Positions 10,830 to 21,507 of a DNA stretch of 60,494 nucleotides are shown here, one piece after another. Source of the DNA: an uncultured Gammaproteobacteria bacterium (GTDB taxonomy: Bacteria; Patescibacteriota; Microgenomatia; Daviesbacterales; UBA10151); NCBI GenBank assembly GCA_964636275.1, contig CAZWRN010000005.1, positions 1 through 60,494 on the forward strand, written 5' to 3'. Position 1 is the first letter of the stretch; every line of letters starts with the position of its first letter. Position numbers and translations under genes: made by a program. The notes beneath the pieces are model-generated. The model did not search any database and had not been told where the DNA came from. It was given only the letters and a program-made list of their open reading frames with translations.

Positions 10830-11913
10830 ATTTCTGCAGTATTTTTTTTGTCACATTTTGTAAGACATAAGCCAAAAATAAAAATTCGATCAAATAAATA
10901 AGAGTAGCTATTGATGCTGGTAGATATTGATAAAATACATCATAACGAACAAGAAGTGGCCAGTGTAATAGATAAATTTCGTAGGAATACTTTCCAAAAA
11001 TACTGAAAAGTTTAAATTTAATATTTTTAGCTATAAATATAAATATTATTGAAAACATAGTAATCAAAGAAATTGTTTGTTCAATCTCTTTTTCAAGTCC
11101 GACTCCTGAGTTGATAGATGTATAAGCGAAAACCCCAAGAAAAAGTGGTATTAAAATAAATATTAAATTTGATCTCAGAAAAATATTTTTAAAATGAAAT
11201 CTAAGTAATCCCAGGCTTTTATCCTGGATAATTAGAGAAAATAAGACACCTAGAGGAAATGACACAAAATGAACTTTATATAGATTTAGAACATCCTTAG
11301 TGACTGGCAGATCAAATTTAAATAGAATAAATGGGATCACTAGTAATAATAATGGTGCTAGATAGGCAATTTTTTTATGAAATACCAGCGGATAGAGCAG
11401 GTAGTAGAATAAAATCATAGTGAAATACCAGAGGGGAGAATTAACATCTAAAAACAGATCCGCTCTGGGGGAAAAACCAAGAAAATTTTCTAAGGTGATA
11501 TTTAAAGGGTAAGTACGACGTAAAAATATCCAGTCCATCAATAAATAAATTCCCAAAACCACCCACATTGGGATAAAAAGGCGGGGTAATCTTTTTAGGT
11601 AAAATGTAAAAATAGGAACGGACTGTTTAAGAGATGAAAAAGTCAGACCCATTCCTGATAAAAATAAAAATAAATTTACTCCGACTCCGGCGATAGTTGA
11701 GAGAGGAAATAGAAAACGATGATCAGATATTAAAAAATAACCAATATGGGAGAAAATGACCGCAAGTATAGCCAATCCTTTTAGTTCTTCAGTCAGTTGA
11801 GGAGTAAAGGAATGATTGGTTTGAAATTTTTTAGTAGAAAGTATTAATGCGAGCAGAAAAATATTAATAAATATTAAGTTTTCTGCAGGACCGTTGATGA
11901 TATCAATTTGCAT
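10822..11913 (-). CDS. Acyltransferase family 3 (OafA-like)
   Basis: ELKGLAILAVIFSH, GVNLFLFLSG, RLPRLFIP and SYEIYLLH motifs. Confidence 0.88.
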   Translation of the reverse strand: MQIDIINGPAENLIFINIFLLALILSTKKFQTNHSFTPQLTEELKGLAILAVIFSHIGYFLISDHRFLFPLSTIAGVGVNLFLFLSGMGLTFSSLKQSVPIFTFYLKRLPRLFIPMWVVLGIYLLMDWIFLRRTYPLNITLENFLGFSPRADLFLDVNSPLWYFTMILFYYLLYPLVFHKKIAYLAPLLLLVIPFILFKFDLPVTKDVLNLYKVHFVSFPLGVLFSLIIQDKSLGLLRFHFKNIFLRSNLIFILIPLFLGVFAYTSINSGVGLEKEIEQTISLITMFSIIFIFIAKNIKFKLFSIFGKYSYEIYLLHWPLLVRYDVFYQYLPASIATLIYLIEFLFLAYVLQNVTKKILQKFI

Positions 11914-11930
11914 ATAAAAGTGTTGCTATT

Positions 11931-12698
11931 TTACCATTGTGGTAGGATGGTATCTGCCCAGAGGCGATACCCTTTGTCAGAAGGATGAAATTGGTCAATT
12001 GAGTACAAATCGGAACTTTTGATAAATTGATTTTTTGTCGCAGTATAAAGATCGATAACTTTAATATTTCTTTTTTTAGCTACCTCTTGAATAATTTTGT
12101 TAAAATCTTGCATTCGCCAATCTAAAATAGTATTCCATGGCGAAAGCAAGATTTGATCAGATCCGATAAAAGGTATATTTACTACGGTAATTTCCGCTCT
12201 GGTTTTATTGTTTAATTCATCAAGCATCTTGGAGTATTGCTGTTTAAACTCCCAGGGAGTAATTGGGTTGTGAATATCGTTTGTGCCAATCATAATTAAA
12301 ATATAATCAGGATATAAATCTATGGCTTCAGGAACTTGGTTGGTTATGACATCTTTTGTGGTAGCACCTGCTTGAGCAAGCTTGGTTAAGGTTCCCGATT
12401 TCTGTTGATTTTGTAAATGTCCGGCAAAGATAGCGGGTAAAGTTGCTCCAGGATCGATATTCCCTACGCCATCCATCAGGCTGTCACCTAATAAAACATA
12501 GTTAAGTTCGCCAGCTTCACGAGTGCCAAAATTATAGACTTTTTGACTGACAGGTGAGAGGTGGTGAGCTTTTAAGAAGTTAAAAAAATGAGCATAGGAC
12601 GCATGAAGATTCAGGAAGAGGAATGTGAGTAAGAGTACGGTTAGGCAAGTAATTAAAAAGATGATATAAGACTTTTTACTTTTGATGGCTTTCTTCAT
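11931..12698 (-). CDS. SGNH/GDSL hydrolase, N-terminally anchored
   Basis: LGDSL, IGTND and DQFHPS blocks. Confidence 0.9.
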   Translation of the reverse strand: MKKAIKSKKSYIIFLITCLTVLLLTFLFLNLHASYAHFFNFLKAHHLSPVSQKVYNFGTREAGELNYVLLGDSLMDGVGNIDPGATLPAIFAGHLQNQQKSGTLTKLAQAGATTKDVITNQVPEAIDLYPDYILIMIGTNDIHNPITPWEFKQQYSKMLDELNNKTRAEITVVNIPFIGSDQILLSPWNTILDWRMQDFNKIIQEVAKKRNIKVIDLYTATKNQFIKSSDLYSIDQFHPSDKGYRLWADTILPQW

Positions 12699-12725
12699 AT
12701 ATTTACTATACTATAGCTTGGGAGA

Positions 12726-13238
12726 ATGGAAAAACGATCAGTATTATTTATAGGTAGATTTCAGCCGTTTCATAAGGGGCATCTAGGAACCATCAAAAAA
12801 ATTGTGGATTCAGGCGAGGTAGCTTCTTTATTAATAGGGATCGGTTCTTGCGAGCAGTTCCATACTGCTTACAATCCCTTCACTGCCCAAGAACGGGAGG
12901 AGATGATTCGCGCCAGTTTAAAACTAAATATACCATATGAAATCAAGCTGATTCCGGATAATCCAGACAACGACATTTGGACGAAAGACTTACTTGCTAA
13001 ATACTTTAAAGGTGATTTAGTTTATTCAGGAAATTCATTGGTTCAAGAGTTGCTTACAGCCGCTGGTCTGGAAGTCAGAATTCCACCACCAATTGAAAAT
13101 CCTAGTGGAACACAGATAAGAGAAATGATGAGAAAAGGGGAGAAATGGGAGGATTTTGTGCCTAAAGGAACTCTGCAAATGTTGTATAAAATCCGTGGTC
13201 AAGATCGGGTTAAGCGAATTCTGGTCAATGCTTTTTAA
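12726..13238 (+). CDS. Nicotinamide-nucleotide adenylyltransferase (NadM-like)
   Basis: FIGRFQPFHKGH, NPFTAQER and SGTQIRE motifs. Confidence 0.85.
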   Translation: MEKRSVLFIGRFQPFHKGHLGTIKKIVDSGEVASLLIGIGSCEQFHTAYNPFTAQEREEMIRASLKLNIPYEIKLIPDNPDNDIWTKDLLAKYFKGDLVYSGNSLVQELLTAAGLEVRIPPPIENPSGTQIREMMRKGEKWEDFVPKGTLQMLYKIRGQDRVKRILVNAF

Positions 13239-13263
13239 GTAATAAAAGGGTATTAATTAGGTG

Positions 13264-13292
13264 TTGACTATCGGCTGGATTTCTGGTATATT
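13264..13292 (+). promoter_or_regulatory. rpoB promoter
   Basis: TTGACT-N17-TATATT with extended -10 TG. Confidence 0.7.
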
Positions 13293-13486
13293 TGCACTTA
13301 ACTGAATAAAATATTTTGGTATTAAAGTATCAAGATATTCATGGTAGGCATGCTACTGGAGTATGCGTACCTTTTTTGCGTAATACCGTTTTTGAAGCTA
13401 GCCAGATCAAAAATGAAATAAATACAAAGTATTGGTCGCTTTGTAAATAAGTTTAAAAGTTAATAAAAAGAGCAGGAACTCACCTA

Positions 13487-16400
13487 ATGCAGGCAGCACA
13501 ACAACCTAACACTATCAATAAACGAGTATATTGGGGTAAAAACCGCAATATTTTGAGTAATGTTCAACTCACAAAACAGGATCTAACTCGTTTGCAAAAA
13601 GAATCTTATCAGCGTTTTCTTACTGAGGGTATCGGTGAATTACTAAATGAAATTTCTCCGGTCACTGATTTTACTGGAAAAAATTGGAAATTAGAGTTCG
13701 GTGATTTTTTCTTTGGAAAAACCCGTTTTACTCCAGAGCAGTGCCATGTTAAAGGGATCTCTTATGATGCACCGTTACGAGTTAGAGTGACCTTAACCAA
13801 TCTTCAGACCAACCAAGAATACAAGCAAGAGGCTTTTTTTGGTGATATCCCCCAGATGACAGATAAAGGCACCTTTATTATTAATGGTGTTGAAAGAGTA
13901 ATAATCAATCAGATAGTGCGCTCACCAGGAGCGTTTTTTTCTGCCTCAGATGATCCTATCACTGGACGAAAATTATTTGGTGCTGAAATCCGCCCCCAAC
14001 ATGGTTCATGGCTCGAATTTGGTGTGTCTAGATCAGATGTGTTAACCGTTAAAATTGATCGCCGACGAAAATTTGCCGCTACTACTTTGCTTCGCGCATT
14101 GGGTTATTCAGAAGAGCAGATGCGAGAAGAGTTTAAATCAGTTGATAACAATGATGATCATCAATACATTGAATCTACTCTGGCTAAAGACACTACTAAA
14201 GATCAGAATGAAGCCTTACTTGAGATTTTCCGAAAAATGCGACCAGGTGATCCAGTTGTATTAGAAACAGCTAAATCTTTATTACAAAATATGTTCTTTA
14301 ATGCCAGAAGATACAATTTGACTCGAGTTGGTCGTTTTAAAATGAATAAACGACTTGGTTTGGATGTGCCAAATACTCCTGAAAATTGGACTTTGTCAAA
14401 AGAAGATATCATCTCTACCTTGAAATATTTGATCAGTTTGGCTAATGGTAAAGGTCGAGTAGATGATATTGATCATTTGGCCAATCGTCGAGTTCGAATG
14501 GTTGGTGAATTGGTAGCTCAAAATGCTTTCTGGATCGGTTTGCAGCGACTTGAAAGAGTTATTAAAGAAAGAATGAGTCTGTTATCTCTGGATCAGGAGA
14601 TTACCGCTGCTGGTTTGGTTAATGCTCGTCCAGTTATTGCCGCTATTAATGAATTCTTCCGATCTTCCCAGTTATCGCAGATCTTGGATCAAACTAATCC
14701 ACTATCTGAAATCGATCATTTGAGACGACTTTCAGTAACGGGTACTGGTGGTATTTCCCGAGATCGAGCTTCATTTTCGATTCGTGATATCAACCACTCT
14801 CAGTATGGTCGGATTGATCCGATCCGCTCTCCTGAAGGTCCAAATATTGGTTTGGTGACCTATTTAGCTTTATTTGCAAGAGTAAATGAGTATGGATTTT
14901 TAGAAACTCCGTACAGAAAAGTTGTTGCTGAAGGTAATAAAATGAAGATTACTGATGAAGTAGTGTATCTGACAGCTGATGATGAAGAGGATACCTATAT
15001 TACTGAAGCAAGTATTGCGGTAGATGAAAAAGGTTATATTACTGCCAATCGGGTGCCTGTTCGTTTCCAGGGCAGTTTCTTTGAGACAGATGTTAAAAAT
15101 GTCCAGATGATTGATGTGTCTCCTCAGCAGATTGTTGGAACTTCAGCTTCTTTGATTCCATTTTTGGCTCATGATGATGCGAACCGAGCTTTGATGGGTA
15201 CTCACATGCAATGTCAGGCTGTTCCATTGTTGCTTCCAAAAGCTCCAGTTGTTGGGACTGGTATGGAGGAGTTAATTGCGGATTCAATGGCTCGGGTTGT
15301 CCGCTCTCCATTGGAAGGTACAGTAACTTTGGTAGATGGTGATCGGGTAGTTGTGGAAGGTAAAGAAGGTAAACACGAATTTAAAGTTAATAAATTTGTA
15401 AATTCACCCAACATGACTTGCTATTCTCAGAAACCAGTTGTAAAACTCAATCAAAAAATTAAAGTTGGTGATCTTTTGATCGAAGGTACCTCTTCCGACG
15501 GAGGAGAGCTAGCTTTGGGTACCAACCTTTTGATCGCTTACATGTCTTATGATGGTTTGGGGTACGAGGACGCTATCGTGATCTCAGATCGATTGGTTAA
15601 AGACGATGTGCTGTCTTCTATTCATATTGAAGAGTACTCCACCGATGTAGTTGAAACTAAATTGGGCCCAGATGAGGTTACTCCGGATATTCCAAATGTA
15701 TCCGAAGAAGCTTTAGCAAATCTGGATGATCGAGGTATTGTTCGAATTGGTGCTGAAGTCGCACCTGGTGATATTTTAGTTGGTAAAGTTCAACCAAAAG
15801 GGGAGACTGAACTGACAGCAGAGGAACGACTTTTGAGAGCTATCTTTGGTGAAAAAGCTAAAGAAGTTCGAGATACTTCTTTGCGAATGCCTCATGGTGA
15901 GAGGGGCACAGTTATTGGTATTGAAATCTTATCACGAGAAGCTGGTGATGATTTGGGCGCAGGTGTATTGCAGAGGATTAAAGTTAAAGTAGCTCAGCTT
16001 CGAAAAGTCACCGCTGGAGACAAGTTGGCTGGCCGACATGGAAACAAAGGTGTTATCTCAAAGATAGTTCCAGAGCATGACATGCCACATTTGGAAGACG
16101 GTACCCCAGTGGATATCATTATCTCCTCTGTGACGGTGTTGTCTCGTATGAATTTGGGACAGTTGCTGGAAGCTCACTTGGGTTTTGCAGCTAAGAAGCT
16201 TGGTTATAAAGTCGCTGCTCCAGTTTTTGAAAAGATTCCTGAAGATATTATTGTTGATCAATTTAGAAATGCTGGTATGCAGGATAGTGCTAAAAGCCGA
16301 TTGATTGATGGTCGAACAGGTGAGTATTTCAAACAAGATGTTGTAGTAGGGTATTCTCATTTCTTGAAATTGATTCACATGGTTGAAGATAAAACTCATG

Positions 16401-16951
16401 CTAGATCAACAGGTCCATACTCTTTGGTTACCCAACAGCCTTTGGGTGGTAAAGCTCAGATGGGTGGTCAGAGACTTGGAGAGATGGAGGTATGGGCACT
16501 GGAAGCATACGGTGCAGCGAATATCTTGCAGGAGATGTTAACTATCAAATCAGATGATGTAGTAGGGCGAGCAAAAGCTTTTGAAGCAATCATTAAAGGA
16601 ACGGAGATCCCACAAGCTTTGATCCCAGAATCATTTAAAGTGTTGGTTAAAGAGTTGCAATCTCTGGGTATTTCAGTTGATCCAATTGGTGTTAAAGAAG
16701 CTGTTGAAGAAGAGCCAACTGAAGAAGTTTCTAAAGAGCAAGAACAGATGATTAACCAAGCTAAAGAGGCCTTGGATGTTGAAAATGTCGGTGTTGAGCA
16801 GGAATTGACTGCAGAAGATGGTGCCATGGAGGTAGTTGACCCTGCGGTTGAAGTCGAGGATAATATGGACGCTTTAGCTGATGAAGCTGCCGCAGCTATG
16901 GAAAGTGGCGATCTGGAAGAAATGGAAGAAAAAGAGGAGGAATTAAGTTAA
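13487..16951 (+). CDS. rpoB: RNA polymerase beta subunit with long acidic C-terminal tail
   Basis: INGVERV, TPEGPNIG-like, GDKLAGRHGNKG and GQRLGEMEVWALEAYGA motifs. Confidence 0.99.
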   Translation: MQAAQQPNTINKRVYWGKNRNILSNVQLTKQDLTRLQKESYQRFLTEGIGELLNEISPVTDFTGKNWKLEFGDFFFGKTRFTPEQCHVKGISYDAPLRVRVTLTNLQTNQEYKQEAFFGDIPQMTDKGTFIINGVERVIINQIVRSPGAFFSASDDPITGRKLFGAEIRPQHGSWLEFGVSRSDVLTVKIDRRRKFAATTLLRALGYSEEQMREEFKSVDNNDDHQYIESTLAKDTTKDQNEALLEIFRKMRPGDPVVLETAKSLLQNMFFNARRYNLTRVGRFKMNKRLGLDVPNTPENWTLSKEDIISTLKYLISLANGKGRVDDIDHLANRRVRMVGELVAQNAFWIGLQRLERVIKERMSLLSLDQEITAAGLVNARPVIAAINEFFRSSQLSQILDQTNPLSEIDHLRRLSVTGTGGISRDRASFSIRDINHSQYGRIDPIRSPEGPNIGLVTYLALFARVNEYGFLETPYRKVVAEGNKMKITDEVVYLTADDEEDTYITEASIAVDEKGYITANRVPVRFQGSFFETDVKNVQMIDVSPQQIVGTSASLIPFLAHDDANRALMGTHMQCQAVPLLLPKAPVVGTGMEELIADSMARVVRSPLEGTVTLVDGDRVVVEGKEGKHEFKVNKFVNSPNMTCYSQKPVVKLNQKIKVGDLLIEGTSSDGGELALGTNLLIAYMSYDGLGYEDAIVISDRLVKDDVLSSIHIEEYSTDVVETKLGPDEVTPDIPNVSEEALANLDDRGIVRIGAEVAPGDILVGKVQPKGETELTAEERLLRAIFGEKAKEVRDTSLRMPHGERGTVIGIEILSREAGDDLGAGVLQRIKVKVAQLRKVTAGDKLAGRHGNKGVISKIVPEHDMPHLEDGTPVDIIISSVTVLSRMNLGQLLEAHLGFAAKKLGYKVAAPVFEKIPEDIIVDQFRNAGMQDSAKSRLIDGRTGEYFKQDVVVGYSHFLKLIHMVEDKTHARSTGPYSLVTQQPLGGKAQMGGQRLGEMEVWALEAYGAANILQEMLTIKSDDVVGRAKAFEAIIKGTEIPQALIPESFKVLVKELQSLGISVDPIGVKEAVEEEPTEEVSKEQEQMINQAKEALDVENVGVEQELTAEDGAMEVVDPAVEVEDNMDALADEAAAAMESGDLEEMEEKEEELS

Positions 16952-17026
16952 AAATAATCAAGTTACAAGATAACAAGAAACAAATAATTTGTATCTTGGT
17001 TATTGTATCTTAAAACTTAAATATAT
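16952..17026 (+). repeat. Heptamer-periodic hairpin spacer (CAAG/CTTG type)
   Basis: aatcaag ttacaag ataacaag ... ttgtat cttggtta ttgtat ctt. Confidence 0.75.
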
Positions 17027-20000
17027 ATGCAAAACAATTTAGTTGATTTTAATGCACTACAAGTACTGATTGCTTCACCAGAGCAGGTACGCTCATGGTC
17101 TTTTGGTGAGGTTACCAGACCAGAGACTATCAATTACCGAACTTTGAAAGCTGAAAAAGATGGGCTGTTTGCCGAGAATATTTTTGGTCCAACTAAAGAT
17201 TGGGAATGTTATTGCGGTAAATACAAAAGAATTCGTTATCGAGGTGTGATCTGTGATAAATGTGGTGTTGAAGTTACTCAGTCAAAAGTGCGACGAGAAA
17301 GAATGGGTCACATCACTTTGGCTACTCCAGTTGCTCATATTTGGTTTGTTAAAGGTGCTCCATCAAAACTGTCTTTGATTTTGGATTTGACTATGAAAAA
17401 CTTAGAAGCAGTTATTTACTTTGCTTCTTACCTGGTCATCTCTGTTGATGCTGATGCTAAAGCTAAAGCTATCGAATCTTTACAGAAACAACTTGATGCT
17501 AAACAAGAAGAATCCAAGAAAAACCTGGAAAAACAGATTGCTGAACTCGAAAAAACTCAAGAGGATGCCTCAAAAGAGCTAAAGAAAAAGATCACTGATA
17601 ATGAAAAGTTTGAATTAGCAGCATCTGAATCTCAGTTGCAAAGCCGAATGCAGATCGCTAAATTGCGAGAACAAAATCAAGTTGAACAGGGTCAGTTGGA
17701 AGAGATTTATAAAACAGTTACTGAGCTGGTCAAATCAATAGCTCCATCCAAGCTGATTTCTGAAGACGAATATAGTAAATTGTTTGAATACGATGTAGCC
17801 GAATTTTTGAAAGTTGGTATGGGTGCTGAAAGTTTGTTAGAAGTACTTTCTACCATTGATCTTGATAAATTGGCAGCTGATCTGCGACTTGAAGTATCTA
17901 AATCTTCTGGCCAGCGACATATCAAAGCAACTAAAAGACTTCGACTGATCGAAGGAATGAGAAGTGCTAAAGTCAATCCAGCCTGGATGATCATGAGCGT
18001 GCTTCCCGTCTTGCCACCAGATTTGCGACCAATGGTTCAATTACCTGGAGGTCGATTTGCTACCTCTGATTTGAACGATCTGTATCGACGAGTGATTAAC
18101 CGTAACAATCGATTGAAGAGACTGATCAACTTGGGTGCCCCAGAGATCATTTTGCGCAATGAAAAACGTATGTTGCAGGAAGCAGTTGATTCTTTGATCG
18201 ACACTACCAACCGCACAACTAGACGAGCAGGCACACACCAATTGCGATCTTTGTCTGAAATGTTGCGAGGAAAACAGGGCCGATTCCGACAAAACTTGTT
18301 GGGTAAGCGTGTGGATTACTCTGGTCGATCCGTTATCATCGTTGGTCCAAAACTCAAACTTCACCAAGTTGGTTTACCAAAAGAGATGGCTTTGGAGATG
18401 TTCAAACCATTTGTATTGCGGGAATTAATTTCCCGAGGTTTGGCTTCCAATGTTAAAGGAGCTAAAAATGTGCTGGAATTCCGACCACCAGAAGTTTGGG
18501 ATATTTTGGAAGAAGTTATCAAAGACCATCCAGTATTGATCAATCGTGCTCCAACTTTGCATAGATTGGGTATTCAGGCTTTCTTCCCTGTTTTGATTGA
18601 TGGAAATGCTATTCAAATCCACCCATGTATTTGTGCTGGATTTAATGCTGACTTTGATGGAGATCAGATGGCTGTTCACGTCCCATTGTCTGAAAAAGCT
18701 AAAGAAGAAGCTAAGAACTTGATGATGGCAAAAGAAAATATTTTACGACCATCAAACTCTAGTCCAATCAACGTTCCAAACCGAGAAATGGCGTTGGGTT
18801 CTTACTATGTCACTTCAGTTGATAAAACATTTGAACTTGGTGAAAAAGTTTATGGTGAGCAGGATGCAGTTTTTGCTTATCAGATGGGTGAACTAAATCT
18901 TCGAGCTCTTATTAAGGTCGCTATGAAGGGTGACGTAGTTGAAACGACTGTTGGACGAATTATCTTTAATAGTTTCCTCCCTGAACAGTTGCGATTTGTT
19001 AATGAAACTATCAACAACTCAGGAATTGCTAAGATCATCATGAAAGCTTTTAAACAGTTCCCTAAAGATGAAGTGGCGAAACTGATTGATGATATTAAAG
19101 AGTTTGGTTTCTGGGGTGCTACTATCTCAGGTTTGTCAGTTGGGATATTTGATAATAATATTATCTCGGAAAAAAGAGATTTGATCGCCAATGGTGATAA
19201 AGAGATTTTGGAGATTGAAGAAAATCTAGCCAAAGGTTTGATCACTGATGAAGAACGACGAGCCTTGGCTCAAGAGGTTTGGACCAGAGTTGGTGATGAA
19301 ATCGTGCGAAAGACAATCGCAGCTATCCCAAGTGATTCTCCAATTGAGATCATTATGAGATCTGGAGGTGCTCGTGCAACTACCGCCCAGATCGCGCAGA
19401 CTGCTGGTATGCGAGGATTCTCAGTTGATCCAACTGGTAAGATCGTAGAATTGCCTACCAAGTCTAACTACCGAGAAGGATTGGGTGTGTTTGAGTACTT
19501 TACCTCTTGTCGAGGTGCTAGAAAAGGTGTGGCTGACCGTGCTATCCGAACTGCTGATGCTGGTTATCTGACTCGAAGATTGGTTGATGTGTCTCACGAT
19601 GTCATCATTCGAATTGAAGATTGTAACACTACAAATGGGACTGTTCTGGAAGTTCCTAAAAACAATCCAGGTCAGGTATCTACTCGATTCTTGGGTCGAA
19701 AAGTGGTTGGTAAAGTAGTTGATGCTAAGACCAAAAAGACCATTATTGAAGATGGAGCATTTATTGAAGAAGCTGAAGTAGATGTGTTGGCTTCTGCTGA
19801 TGTTGAAGAGATCACTGTTCGAACTCCTTTGACTTGTGATTCTAAGTATGGACTTTGTGCAGCTTGTTACGGTTTGGATCTATCAAGTCGAAAACCAGTG
19901 GAACTTGGTACGCCAGTAGGTGTTATTGCTGCTCAAGCTATTGGTGAGCCAGGTACTCAGCTGACTATGCGTACCTTCCACTCAGGAGGTGTTGTTGGTG

Positions 20001-20719
20001 CGGATATTACACAGGGTTTGCCACGTGTTGAAGAGCTGTATGAGGCACGGGTACCAAAAGCAGTGGCCCCAATTGCTGAAATTGCAGGTAAAGTAACCAT
20101 CTCAGAAACTGAAGAAGGTACAGTAGTTCGGGTTCGCACAACATCTAAACCTCATACTGAGAGAGAATACGCTATTCCAAAAAATGCGACCTTACTGGTA
20201 AATGATGGTGACACTATCGAAGCTGGTACTCAAATAATTGGTGGTCATTTGGATATTAGAGAAGTTTTGCGAATTCAGGGGCTACGAGCAGCTCAGCGAT
20301 ATATCGTTGATGCAACTCGTGAAGTGTATGAATCTCAGGGTGTGCAGATCAACGAAAAGCATTTTGAAGTGATCGTACGAAAGATGTCTGATAAAGTTCG
20401 TGTTGAGTCACAAGGTGATACAGTATTGCTTCCAGGTGAAGTAATCAACCGAACCAAATTTGAAGAAGAAAACACTCGGATTTTGGCTGAAGGTGGTGAA
20501 CCAGCAACTGCTGCAGTGATCATCTTGGGTATTACCAGAGCTTCACTTCAGACTGAAAGCTTCTTGTCAGCTGCCTCATTCGTTGAGACAACTACAGTCC
20601 TTTCAGAGGCTGCAACTACTGGAAAGATTGATAAGTTGCTTGGATTGAAAGAAAATGTTATTATAGGACGTCTGATACCTACGAGCGAAGATAGAGCGAA
20701 GCTCAACCAAGTTGCTTAG
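17027..20719 (+). CDS. rpoC: RNA polymerase beta-prime subunit
   Basis: Zn-finger [33 protein letters not shown]. Confidence 0.99.
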   Translation: MQNNLVDFNALQVLIASPEQVRSWSFGEVTRPETINYRTLKAEKDGLFAENIFGPTKDWECYCGKYKRIRYRGVICDKCGVEVTQSKVRRERMGHITLATPVAHIWFVKGAPSKLSLILDLTMKNLEAVIYFASYLVISVDADAKAKAIESLQKQLDAKQEESKKNLEKQIAELEKTQEDASKELKKKITDNEKFELAASESQLQSRMQIAKLREQNQVEQGQLEEIYKTVTELVKSIAPSKLISEDEYSKLFEYDVAEFLKVGMGAESLLEVLSTIDLDKLAADLRLEVSKSSGQRHIKATKRLRLIEGMRSAKVNPAWMIMSVLPVLPPDLRPMVQLPGGRFATSDLNDLYRRVINRNNRLKRLINLGAPEIILRNEKRMLQEAVDSLIDTTNRTTRRAGTHQLRSLSEMLRGKQGRFRQNLLGKRVDYSGRSVIIVGPKLKLHQVGLPKEMALEMFKPFVLRELISRGLASNVKGAKNVLEFRPPEVWDILEEVIKDHPVLINRAPTLHRLGIQAFFPVLIDGNAIQIHPCICAGFNADFDGDQMAVHVPLSEKAKEEAKNLMMAKENILRPSNSSPINVPNREMALGSYYVTSVDKTFELGEKVYGEQDAVFAYQMGELNLRALIKVAMKGDVVETTVGRIIFNSFLPEQLRFVNETINNSGIAKIIMKAFKQFPKDEVAKLIDDIKEFGFWGATISGLSVGIFDNNIISEKRDLIANGDKEILEIEENLAKGLITDEERRALAQEVWTRVGDEIVRKTIAAIPSDSPIEIIMRSGGARATTAQIAQTAGMRGFSVDPTGKIVELPTKSNYREGLGVFEYFTSCRGARKGVADRAIRTADAGYLTRRLVDVSHDVIIRIEDCNTTNGTVLEVPKNNPGQVSTRFLGRKVVGKVVDAKTKKTIIEDGAFIEEAEVDVLASADVEEITVRTPLTCDSKYGLCAACYGLDLSSRKPVELGTPVGVIAAQAIGEPGTQLTMRTFHSGGVVGADITQGLPRVEELYEARVPKAVAPIAEIAGKVTISETEEGTVVRVRTTSKPHTEREYAIPKNATLLVNDGDTIEAGTQIIGGHLDIREVLRIQGLRAAQRYIVDATREVYESQGVQINEKHFEVIVRKMSDKVRVESQGDTVLLPGEVINRTKFEEENTRILAEGGEPATAAVIILGITRASLQTESFLSAASFVETTTVLSEAATTGKIDKLLGLKENVIIGRLIPTSEDRAKLNQVA

Positions 20720-20828
20720 GTATTAGATCAGACGTCCTTAACCTTGAGGTTTGTAAAAACCGAAAGGAGTTATAGGTCGACTAATTCCAACAAGTGAAGA
20801 TCGAGCAAAGCTCAATCAAGTAGCTTAA
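20661..20828 (+). other. 109-nt insert with synonymously recoded duplicate of the last 18 rpoC codons
   Basis: TTATAGG direct repeat (20661/20770); [18 protein letters not shown] encoded twice; 12-bp antisense arm. Confidence 0.9.
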
Positions 20829-20957
20829 TGGTTTAGAACACTGCAAAGTTTTTTAACTTTGTAGAGTAATCGCCTAAAAGCGATGAAGGGTTTTTTAGAA
20901 TTACTTTTGTATTCTTCAGATCCTTCATTTGCTTTCAGAAAATTAGGAAATTATAAA

Positions 20958-21380
20958 ATGCCGACGATTAATCAATTAGTTAAAAAAGGACGATCAAAAG
21001 TAGTCAAGAAAGTGAAGGCTACCGCTTTGCGACGTTCTTACAACGGATTACACCGGGTTTATAGCAGTACATCAAATCCTCAAAAACGGGGAGTTGTGAC
21101 ATTGGTTCGAACTATGACTCCAAAGAAACCTAACTCAGCTTTGCGAAAAGTGGCTAGAGTCCGACTTTCCAACCGTACTGAGGTAACAGCCTACATTCAG
21201 GGGATTGGGCATGATTTAGCTGAGCACGGTATCGTTTTAGTTCGAGGCGGACGTGTTAAAGATTTGCCAGGTGTGAAATACCATTTAGTACGAGGCAAGC
21301 TCGATTTGGGTGGAGTTCAAAAACGAACAACCTCCAGATCAAAATATGGTGCTAAAAAACCAATGGCTAAAGCAGCCTAA
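20958..21380 (+). CDS. rpsL: 30S ribosomal protein S12
   Basis: [28 protein letters not shown]; start moved to ATG 20958. Confidence 0.99.
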   Translation: MPTINQLVKKGRSKVVKKVKATALRRSYNGLHRVYSSTSNPQKRGVVTLVRTMTPKKPNSALRKVARVRLSNRTEVTAYIQGIGHDLAEHGIVLVRGGRVKDLPGVKYHLVRGKLDLGGVQKRTTSRSKYGAKKPMAKAA

Positions 21381-21507
21381 AAGAAAGGAATAACCAAGAA
21401 ACAAGATACAAGTACCAAACAAAAACCATTTAATCAATTAAATAATTATTAAATTGAAAATTGTTTGGAGAACTTGAATAATTGGAAACTTGATTAATTA
21501 ACTAAAA
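21381..21507 (+). repeat. Heptamer-periodic hairpin spacer (CAAG/CTTG type)
   Basis: aaccaag aaacaag atacaag ... gaacttg aataattg gaaacttg; preceded by AAGAAAGGAA. Confidence 0.7.
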
